From: an uncultured delta proteobacterium
GTDB taxonomy: Bacteria; Myxococcota_A; Polyangia; Fen-1088
NCBI GenBank assembly: GCA_963767925.1
Contig: CAVYGB010000008.1
Span: forward strand, 1,408,001 to 1,472,000
Direction: 5' to 3'
DNA: 64,000 bases
A program made the position numbers and the translations under genes. Below are positions 21,295 to 30,800 of the stretch, one piece after another. The notes beneath the pieces are model-generated. The model was not told the origin of the DNA. It worked only from the letters and a program-made list of their open reading frames with translations, and ran no database searches. Numbering within the stretch: the first letter of the stretch is position 1; every line of letters starts with the position of its first letter.

Positions 21295-24036
21295 TCAGGA
21301 CCACCCTTGCCCGGCCGCCCGCACATCGAGCGAGACGAGCCGCAGGATCTCCTCGTCGGACAGCTCGGTCAGGGCGGTGCCACCGTCCCCCTCGACGATC
21401 TCCCGGGACAGCGCCCGCTTGCTCTCGATGAGGGCGTCGATGCGATCTTCGAGCGTCCCCCGGCAGATCAGCTTGTGAACCAGGACGTTGCGCCGCTGGC
21501 CGATCCGATAGGCCCGATCGGTGGCCTGGTCCTCCACCGCCGGGTTCCACCAGCGGTCGAAGTGCACGACGTGGCTGGCCGCGGTGAGGGTGAGGCCGGT
21601 GCCGCCGGCCCGCAGCGACAGCACGAAGAAGGGTGGCCCGTCCTCCGCCTGGAACTGCTCGACCAGCTTGTGACGCCGGCCCACCGCCGATTCGCCCGAC
21701 AGGATCAGGCCCGCTCGGCCGAAGCGGCGGGTCAGGAAGTCGGCCAGCGGTCGGGTCGCCTCCTTGAACTGGGTGAACACGAGCACCTTGTCCTGGCGGA
21801 CCGCGATCTCGTCGACGATCTCGCCCAGCCGCTGCAGCTTGCCGCTGTCTGCCTCCTCCCAGCTCCCATCGCGCAGCCAGTGCGAGGGGTGGTTACAGAT
21901 CTGCTTGAGCCGGGTGAGGGTCGACAGCACGATCCCCCGGCGGGCCGCGCCCTCGCTGGCGGACAGCTCCCGGGCCAGCGTCGCCACCGCCTGCTGATAG
22001 AGGGCGGTCTGCTTGCGGCTCAGGCCGCAGAAGGCCTTCACCTCGGTCTTGTCGGGCAGGTCGGCGATGATCTGCTTCTGGGTCTTGAGCCGGCGGAGGA
22101 TGTAGGGCGACACGAGGGCCCGCAGGGGGGCGTAGGTGTCGTGGGGGCGGGTCTCCAGGTTCTTCACGAAGGCAGAGAACTCCCGCTCGGTGCCCAGCAG
22201 CCCCGGGTTGGAGAAGGCGAAGATCGACCACAGGTCCCCCAGCCGGTTCTCGACCGGCGTGCCGGTGAGGGCCACCCGGCAGCGCGCCCGCAGCCCCCGC
22301 ATGGCGCGGGCCTGCTTGGTCCCGGCGTTCTTGATGGCCTGCGCCTCGTCGGCGATGACCACGTCCCAGGTGACCCGGGCCAGCGCCGGCAGCCGCTGCA
22401 GGCTGCCGTAGCTGGTGACGACGACGTCGAACCGGGCCAGCGCCGCCTCGTCGAGGGCCGCCAGCTCGCCCGCCGGCGTCTCCGAGGCGTGGGCGATCAG
22501 GATCTGAAGGGAAGGGGCGAAGCGGGTCAGCTCCGCTCGCCAGTTACCCAGCAGCGAGGCGGGCGCCACCACCAGGCTGGGGGCGGGCAGGGACCCGGGG
22601 TTCGATCCGTTGCCGCCCCGGCGCGGGGAGGCCGTCCGCTGGCACAGCACCAGCAGCCCGATGGCCTGGACGGTCTTGCCCAGCCCCATGTCGTCGGCGA
22701 GGCAGCCACCGAGGCCGAGGGCGCGCAGCCAGGACAGCCAGCGCAGGCCGGTCTGCTGGTAGGGCCGCAGCTCGGCGGTCAGCGCCTCGCCCGGATCCGC
22801 CGCCGCCAGACCCTCCGGGCTGCGCAGCCCCTGCAGCACCCCGGCCAGCCAGGGCCCCGCCACCACCCGGGCGTCCGGCTCGGGAACCCCCTCGAGCAGG
22901 TCGGCCGCCTCCCCGGCGACCGGAGCGGCGGCGGCCAACCGCAGCGCTTCGTGAAACGGGATGCCCTCGGCGTGGGCCCGCTCGGCCTGGGTCCAGCGCT
23001 CCAGGAGCTGCGCCACCCCGGCTCGATCCACCTCGACCCAGCGCCCCCGAAGGAGCACGAGGTCCTCGGTGCCGGCCAGGAGCTCCCGCACCTCCTCGTC
23101 CGACAGCGCCTGGCCGTCGAGGGTGACCGCCACGTCGAAATCGAGCAGGGCCTCCGCGCCGAGGTCCCCGGGCGCCTTGCCACCGACCGTGATCTGAACG
23201 GCGGCCCGGGGGGGACGGCGGCGGCCCCACTGCTCGGGGACCCGCACCATGAGGCCGGCCGTCTCCAGCGCCTCGGCATCGCGAAGCAGGGCCAGCGCCT
23301 CGGCGGGAGACCAGGCCAGCGGCTGGTACAGCGCGCCCGACTCGACCAGGGCCTTGACCCAGGCGCAGCCCGCGGCCGCCCGGTCGACCGGCGCCAGGAG
23401 CGACAGGAGGACCTGTCGGTTGCGGGCGCCGGCATACTCCCGCAGCGCCTGGCCCAGGGGGGCATGTCGGATCCGGCCGCCTTCGCCCACCCCGACCGTG
23501 TAGGTGGCCAGGAAGGCGAACGGTCGCTGGGGATCGCGCCGGTTCTCGGCGAGATGAAAGTGCACCCGCCCGACCAGGTTCCACACCGGGCTGGCCGCCC
23601 GCAGGACCGCTTCCAGCGTCGCCCCGGGCGCGGTCACCCGCACGGCCAGAGCAGCGCGCGCCTCGCTCCACCAGCGGCGCAGGTGCTCGGCCTGCACATA
23701 TTCGCCCCCCCGCATCGGAGGCAGGGTCAGCAGCAGGCGGCCCTGGGTGGCCTCGTCGAGCGCGGGCTCACCGGCCCGCAGCGCCCGCTCGGGTTCGGCG
23801 AGCTGGCAGACCTGGGCCAGCAGGGCACGACCCAGGTCGCGAAAGTAGCCCAGGACCGGGGGCAAGGTGGTGGCCACCTCCGCTGACCCCAGGTGGAGCA
23901 GCCCGGGCCCCTCACCCTCGGCGAACGCCGCCGTGATCCGGCCGGCCGCGCTCTCCTCGACCGGCGCCGGCGAGGCCGGGTCGGGATCGGGGCGCAGGTG
24001 CCCCGACGGCGAGACGAACATGGACAGCGCAGGCAC
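21295..24036 (-). CDS. SNF2/SWI2 family helicase-like ATPase
   Basis: LRPYQQTG, LADDMGLGKT, DEAQ, TGTPVEN, SLRAGGTGLTLT and WWNPAVEDQATDRAYRIGQ. The start is uncertain (GTG 24036 or ATG 24022). Confidence 0.95.
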   Translation of the reverse strand: MPALSMFVSPSGHLRPDPDPASPAPVEESAAGRITAAFAEGEGPGLLHLGSAEVATTLPPVLGYFRDLGRALLAQVCQLAEPERALRAGEPALDEATQGRLLLTLPPMRGGEYVQAEHLRRWWSEARAALAVRVTAPGATLEAVLRAASPVWNLVGRVHFHLAENRRDPQRPFAFLATYTVGVGEGGRIRHAPLGQALREYAGARNRQVLLSLLAPVDRAAAGCAWVKALVESGALYQPLAWSPAEALALLRDAEALETAGLMVRVPEQWGRRRPPRAAVQITVGGKAPGDLGAEALLDFDVAVTLDGQALSDEEVRELLAGTEDLVLLRGRWVEVDRAGVAQLLERWTQAERAHAEGIPFHEALRLAAAAPVAGEAADLLEGVPEPDARVVAGPWLAGVLQGLRSPEGLAAADPGEALTAELRPYQQTGLRWLSWLRALGLGGCLADDMGLGKTVQAIGLLVLCQRTASPRRGGNGSNPGSLPAPSLVVAPASLLGNWRAELTRFAPSLQILIAHASETPAGELAALDEAALARFDVVVTSYGSLQRLPALARVTWDVVIADEAQAIKNAGTKQARAMRGLRARCRVALTGTPVENRLGDLWSIFAFSNPGLLGTEREFSAFVKNLETRPHDTYAPLRALVSPYILRRLKTQKQIIADLPDKTEVKAFCGLSRKQTALYQQAVATLARELSASEGAARRGIVLSTLTRLKQICNHPSHWLRDGSWEEADSGKLQRLGEIVDEIAVRQDKVLVFTQFKEATRPLADFLTRRFGRAGLILSGESAVGRRHKLVEQFQAEDGPPFFVLSLRAGGTGLTLTAASHVVHFDRWWNPAVEDQATDRAYRIGQRRNVLVHKLICRGTLEDRIDALIESKRALSREIVEGDGGTALTELSDEEILRLVSLDVRAAGQGWS

Positions 24037-24312
24037 GAGAGGGTCCGGAAGGTATGGGCTTTCATAACCCAAAAGCGGCCTCGGGCCACGACCCGCCGTC
24101 ACCCGGTCAAGGAGGCCCGCCACCGGGAGCAGCAGGGCAGCCTGGTCAGCGAGCCAGCGGACGACACCGACGTCCGGAGCGCCCCCGCCAACCCGGGCCT
24201 GCTCGGCGGTCCGGAGTTCGAGCGCTACATCCAGTTCGTGGAGGCCATCGACGACCTCGTGCGCGAGGCCAAGGAAGTGGTCCGCCCCCTGGCGCGGCCG
24301 CGCTGAACGCGG

Positions 24313-24588
24313 TTAGTGATCGTGGACGACGGCCCAGTCGTGGACCTGGTCCATCGGGATGTAAACGATGTGCTCCCGCTCGGGCGGGGGCTTGTCACGC
24401 CGGGGCGGCAGCTCGTAACCGCGCAGGGCCAGCGCCGAGCCGGAATCGTCGGGGATGGGCTCGTGCAGCCGTCCGCGCATGCGCCTGCCATCAACCAGGA
24501 TCACTTCGATGGTCTTGAGGCGATAGGTCGCGTTCAGCTTCCTCGTCAGCGTGCTCAGATCTCGAAATAACACCGTTATGGAAGACAT
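24313..24588 (-). CDS. Small hypothetical protein (91 aa), possible Sm/LSm-like beta-barrel
   Basis: ATG at 24588; IEVILVDGRRMRGRL...HIVYIPMDQVHDWAVV. Confidence 0.6.
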   Translation of the reverse strand: MSSITVLFRDLSTLTRKLNATYRLKTIEVILVDGRRMRGRLHEPIPDDSGSALALRGYELPPRRDKPPPEREHIVYIPMDQVHDWAVVHDH

Positions 24589-24803
24589 CGGATGAGTCCC
24601 GCTTCGAGCTGAAGCGCACTTGCCCCCTGCTGTCGACAAAGCGGTGGCGGTGGTCCATGCCGCCGGACAGATCGGTGTGGGGTCAGGAGATCGCGTGGCG
24701 TGAAAGGTTCGACCATGGTTGCGTCCCGGAAAACCGCCCGACACTACCATCGAGCGGCGCTCCGGAGCCCACCGAGTTCCAGGGCGCACATCCCGGTTGG
24801 CGG

Positions 24804-27800
24804 TCAACCTGCGCCGACGTTCTTGAGAAACTCCTGCGATTCCGCGGCGACCGGGTCATCCTGCGCCGCCTCCTGAACGGCGCGGCGGGCGAAGAGCACC
24901 GCGCGGTCGGTCTCGCCCCGACGGTGCGCGATCTTGGCCTGGCGCAGGAAGGCCACCGCTGTGCTGAGCGAGCCGGCCGCCTGATGCACGGTGATGATCC
25001 GCAGCGCCTTCGTCGCGAGGTCGTAGTCCTCGAGCGCCTCGGCCCGATCGGCGAGCTCGGTGGCGAGGGCGCCGTTCTTCTTGTCGGCGTCGAGCGCCCG
25101 GCTCAGCGCCGACAGCTCCGTCTTGCCGTCTCCGGCCCGGGCGGCGATGCGGGACAGACGCACGTACAGCGTGGCCAGCGCCGGGGAGGCCTTCCCCTTG
25201 TGGGCAGCGATCAGCGGCTGCAGCAGGTTGGCCGCCTCCTGCAGCTCACCCGCCAGAGCGTGGGCGTCCGACAGCAGGAGCTGGACGTCCGGATCGCCCG
25301 GCCGCAGGGCCTGTGCCTCCTCGAGCGCCTTCGCCGCGATCGAGGTGTCACCGGCCTGGACCAGCAGGGCCCCCGCCCGCAGCAGATACCCGTAGCGCTG
25401 GTCGGGGTCTGGACAGCGATGGGCCTCGTCGAACAGCAACATCGCCAGCTTGGACGAGTCCCCTCCCCGCTCGTAGATCTGGGCCAGGCGGTTGATCAGG
25501 CGGGCCTCACCCGGGTTGGCGGCCAGCGCCGCCTCGAGCGGGGCGGTGGCCTCGGCGGGACGCCCGACCCGCTCGGCCAGATCGGCCGCCCGCTCGGCGG
25601 CATCGACGCGGGCCGAACCCTCGAGCAGCGGCGACATGCGCACGGTTGTCGCCAGAGCCCCCTCGAGATCGCCGGCCGCTTCGGCCAGCTCACCGGCCAG
25701 GCGCAGCGCCCGGGCGTCGGGGACCTTGGTCCGCCCGAGCAGCTCGAGCACGAACTGGCGGGCCTCGGCCAGGGCGCCCCGGGCGCGCAGCAGCTCGGCC
25801 AGGGTCAAGGTGGCGTCGCGCGCGGCCTCGGCGTCCTCGCCCGCCATGGCCTCGGTTCGCCAGGCCACGAGGGCATCGGCGAGCGAGTTGAAGGCGTCCT
25901 GGGGCGAAACCTGATGGGCCTCTTGCAACGCGGCCACCGCCGCCCGCCGGTCGCCGGCCCGGCTGTGGAGCTCGGCGCACAGGAGCAGGAGCGCCAGGCG
26001 GCGCGGCCCGGACAGCCCCGGGGTGTCGAGCGCCGCCTTGACCTCCGCCACCGCGCCGGCCCTGTCCCCCTCGGCCGCCATCGCCCGCGCGAGCTGGGCG
26101 AACACGTCCTGGTCCTCGGGCGCGCGCTGGCGCGCCTGCCGCAGCAGGGCCAGCGCCCCCGGCCCGTCCGCCAGGCGGGACGCCCGCAGGGTGGCCGCCT
26201 CGCAGAGCAGGGCCGCCCCCTCGCCAGCGTCTTGCTGGCGGGAGGCCTCGCTGGCCAGCAGGTCGGCCAGCGGGGCCCAGGCGTCGTGGGTCCGATACCA
26301 CTGCTCGAGCTGGCTCGAGAGGCCGGCGTCTCCGGGCGAGAGGGCGCAACCCCGCTCGAGCACGCGGCGGACCGCCGGCTCGTCGCCCAGCCGGCCCCAG
26401 ACCTCGGCCAGCAGGCGGACCAGCGCCGCGCCCTGGCCTTCGGCCTCGACGGTCAGCAGCTCTTCGAGCAAGGTGGCCTTCTCGGCCGTCATCTCCGCGC
26501 TCGGCGTGCGCGCGAGCAGGCGCCGCAACAGCTCGCGGTGACCGGGCGCCACCCGCAGGGCGCGCTCGTACACCGGGCCGACCCGATCGCTCCCCGCCCG
26601 TTCGAGCACGTCCCCCAGCCGCAAGGCCGCCTCGACGGCGCCCTCCCGGTCGCCCGTCTCGGTCCGCAGCTCGAAGCTCTGATCGAGGAGATCCACCAGA
26701 TCGGTCTCCGAGCCCAGCCGCTCGTAATACGCCGCTAGCAAGGTGAGGGCCTCCAGGTGGCGGGGCTCGTCGAGCAGGACGTCGCGCAGGCTCTCGGCCG
26801 CAGCGGCGTCCCGGTCGTCCCGGCCCAGCAGGAAGCGGGCCCGGGCCACCCGGAGCTCGCTGCGCCGGGCCGGCTCCACCAGCAGCGGCAAGGTCTCCGC
26901 CACCAGCCGGTCGACGCCCTCGCGGTCCCCGCTCTCCATGTAATGCGCGGCCAGCGGCCGCCAGATCGCCTCGTCGGCGGGCGTGCGCGCCCGCAGACGT
27001 TCGAGGAGCTGGGCGCCCAGGCGCAGATTGCCGGCCCGGGCCGCTCGTTCGCTCAGCTCGCGGACCAGCGCCAGCAGGCGGTCGGAGTCCAGCACCTCGG
27101 CCACCCGATCGAGGTTTCGCGCCGCCCCTTCGAAGTCCCCCGCGGCCTTCTTGCGATGGACCAGCTCGAGCAAGGCCCAGGTCACCTCTGCCCGGGTCTC
27201 GGGCTGTTGCCCGGCCAGCTCAGCCAGCCGCAACAGCAGGTCCTCGATCCGATCGTTGCGTCCCAGGGCCACCGCCAGGTCGACCGCCTCCCGGACCTCC
27301 GCGGCGCTCACCGCCGGGTTCGCCGCCCGTCGATCCAGATAGTCGAAGAGCATGCGCTCGTCGCCCGAGGAGCGGGCCACCCGCTCGTAGAGCGGCAGCA
27401 GCTTGACGAGGTCGGCCTGGCCCAGCCCGGCTCCGGCGACGATCTCCATGGCCCGGTCGACCTGCTGGCTCTTGCCGAGGGCCAGCGCCAGGCTGGCGAT
27501 CCCCGCCTCGCGGGTCTCGCTCCGGGGCAACTGCAACGCCGCCGCCCGGTACAGGATGTCGGCCGCCGCCTCCGGCGTCGGCGCCTCGGCGGCTCTCTGC
27601 TGCAGCAGCCCCACCATGCGCGCGCTCTCGGCCAGGTCGCCCCGCTTCTCGGCCAGCCGGCCCAGGGCGCTCCAGATCTCGGCCGACTGGGCGCCGGTCT
27701 CGTCCGCCCGGCGGTAGAGGTCGAGCGCGCGCTCCCCGTCGCCGAGGTCGACTTCGCAGAGCTGGGCCGCCCGCAGCAGCAGCCCCGCCGCCACCTCGGC

Positions 27801-30800
27801 GTCGGGCCGGCGCCGGTGGCGGCTGGCCAGGGTCAACAGGCGCTTGACCAGGTCGTCGACCTTGCCGTGGGCCCGGGCCAGCGCGACGGCCGTTTCCTGC
27901 AGGTGCTCCCGCTCGGGCGCCGCCTGGATCGCGAGGATCTGGGCCTCGAAGGCGTCGGCGAGACGACCCTGCGCGCGCAGGCTCTCGGCCATCTGCGCGT
28001 AGACCTCGCCCTCGGCCGGCGAGCCCGCGGTGTGCTCGCGTCGCTTCTCGAACAGGCGGGCGAGGGCCTCGTGGGACCCCCGCTCGAGCAGGGCCCGCTG
28101 CAGCGTCTCCGCCTCGGCGGCGTCGCCCATGGCGGCGGCCAGCGCGGAATCGAGCAGCTCGGCCGCCTGCTCCTTCTGATCCCGCCTGCTGGCCAGGTCG
28201 GAAAGGCGCAGCAGGACCTCGGTGATGGCCAGGCCACTCCGGGGGCCGGCCGTCCCCTCGGCGGGGGCGGCGTCCTTGCGCCGGAGCATCAAGAGGGCCC
28301 GGTAGGCCCGCTCGGCGCGCTCCACCGCGCCGGTCGACTCGGCCACCTCGGCCAGCGGCACCAGGATCGCCGGGTTCGAGGCGTCCATCGAGGAGGCCTG
28401 CTCGAGGTGCTCGAGGGCAAACGGCAGATCGCCCATCTCGCGCGCGACCCGGGCCAGCCGCTCGTGCAGACCCGCGCGCTTGCGGCTCCGGCGCCAGCCC
28501 GCCTCCTCGATCAGCTCGAGCAACAGGGTGCGGGCCTCCTCCTGGCGCCCGCTCTGGCTCAGGCCTTCGGCGAGCGCCGAGCGCAGCCCCTCGTCGGTGG
28601 GTTGCAGGCGCACCGCCTTCTCCAGCACCGGCACCGCCCGGGCGAGCAGGCCGAGCTGGGCGTACAGATCGGCCGCCGCGCGGGCGTGGGTGACGAACGC
28701 CGTCTCGTCCTCGACGTATTCGCAGCCCTCGGCCAGGACCCGAGCGAGCTGCTCGCGGGCGTCGGCCGCGCGGTACAGATCGGCCAGCATGGTCCGCAGG
28801 CCCTCGGCCCGGGGCCAGTCGCCCAGGGCCCGCTCGAGGCAGGCCACCGCCCGGTGGCGCTGGCCGGCGGCCAGATGCGCGCGGGCCAGGCGGGCGGTCA
28901 CCTCGGTGCGCGCCTCCCCTTCGGTCATGTTGAGGCGCCGGTCCAGCCAGGCCGCCGCCGTTGGGAAGTCTCCGCTGGCGGTCTCGAGGGCCCCCAGCGC
29001 GTCGAGCGCCTCGCAGGTGGCCTCGAGCCGGGTGACCCGCTCCCAGGCGGTCACCGCCCGCGCGGGGCTGGCGAGCGTCTGCTCGGCCAGCCGGGCGAGC
29101 TGGGCCCACAGCGCGGCGGAGGGGCTGGCCTCGCCGCGGTCCTCCAGCAGTCGGGCCTGTTGCTCCAGGACCCCGGCCAGCTCCTCGGCCCGGCCCCGCT
29201 GCAACAGCACCTCGCTCAGCTTGCCCACGCTGGGGACGTGACCGGCCCGCTCGCCGAGGTTGGCGCGCAGGATCTCCGAGGGGCTGGTCTTCTTCTCGGA
29301 CAGGCCCTCGAGCCGCACGATCTCGAGCCGCAACGCCAGCCGCCGATCCAGATCCTCCACCGTCTCGAGCTCGGCCGTCCGCAGGGCGACCCCCTCGCCG
29401 TAGCGTTGCTCCTGCTCGTAGAGCCGCGCCAGCGCCTCGCGCACCGGGGCGCTGGCCGGGAGCTCCTCGTGCAGCAGCCGCCAGATCGGGATGGCCCCGG
29501 GACGGTCGCCCAGCGCCGACTCGGTGAGCTCGGCTGCCCGCTGCACCCAGGCCCGCCGCTTCTCCGCCGGGAAATCGAGGCGCCCGGCCTCCAGCAGGAG
29601 GGCCGTCGCCCGCCGGACCGCGGCCGGCTCGCCCCCCGCCACCTGCAGGCTCACGAGCTGCTCGAGGGCATACTCCGCCGCCTCGGCGGCGGAGGACTGT
29701 CCGCCCGCCGGGGTGGCCAGCCGCAACAGCCGGACTGACTCCACCCACAGCCGATCCAGGGTCGTCCGGGCCAGCGCCGGGTCGGCGAGCTTGCCGAGGG
29801 CCAGCTCGGCCGCCTCCCGCAAGGGGTCGAGGTTGCCGGGCTCCTCGACGGCGAGCTGGCTGAGCGTCTCCCACAACCGGCGATCGGGGCTCGCCCGCAG
29901 GACGTCGGCCCGCAGGCGCAAGGTGGGTACGTGGCGCGGGTCTCCTGCCCCGGCCCGCTCGACCGCGGCCGCGGCCGCCGCCCGATCGCCGCAGCGGTCG
30001 AGGAACGTCCGCGCGGCCCGCAGGTGCAGGTCGCGCCGGATCCCCGCCGGCAGCTCGCTTCTCCGCTCGACCGCCTCCGAGAGGGCCGCCGCGGCGGGAC
30101 CGACTCGATCGGTCTCCCCGGCCACCGCTTCGTAGAGCGGCAGCAGCACCCCCTCCCGCACCCCGGGAGACACCGCCGGATCGGTCAGCGCCGCGGCCGC
30201 CTCGGGCCACAGGCCCAGCCGGGCCGCCGTCCGCACCAGCCCCTGCCGGAGCTCCAGCCGGTGCGGCAACACCGCGAGACCGGCGGCGTAGCTCGCCCGC
30301 GCGCCCGCGGGATCCTCGAGGCGCGACTCGAGCAGCGCCCCGCGCTGCTCGGCCAGCTCGGCGACCAGGAGGGGTGGGGCGCCCGCGCTGGCCATGGCCT
30401 CGCCGAGCGCCTGGGCTGCCCGGGCGAAACCGCCGGTGGGCTCGGCCAGGCGCAGGACCTCGCCCGCGAGCCGAAGATCGGTGGCGGCCAGCGGCAGGGC
30501 CTGGCAGAGCCACTCGAAGGCCCGGGCCTTGTCGCCGGCCCGGACCTCGGCCCGGACCGCGGCCTCTTGCAGCAGGCGCACCCGCTCGATCGGGTCGGCG
30601 GTGCCGGCCAGCCGATGCGGCAGCAGATCCAGGAGCAGCTCCCAGGAATCGGTGCGACTGGCCGCGCGGGCGAGGACGTCGGCCGCCGCCGGCGCCCGGG
30701 CCGCGTCGGCCAGCAGGGCAGAGAGGCCCTCCCGCGCCCGGGCCTGGCCCGGGTCGACCTCGAGCGCGCGGCCGTACCAGGTGATGGCCCCTTCGGCCTG

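Noticed and set aside
24049..24057. CCATACCTT (minus strand) upstream of SNF2, identical to part of a lexA box
   Set aside because: It lacks the conserved GTTC half and is more simply a -10-like element (TACCTT), so SOS control of SNF2 is unsupported.
24594..24617. gagtcccgcttcg as a possible attR copy of the tRNA 3' end
   Set aside because: Only about 7 matching bases; not distinguishable from chance.
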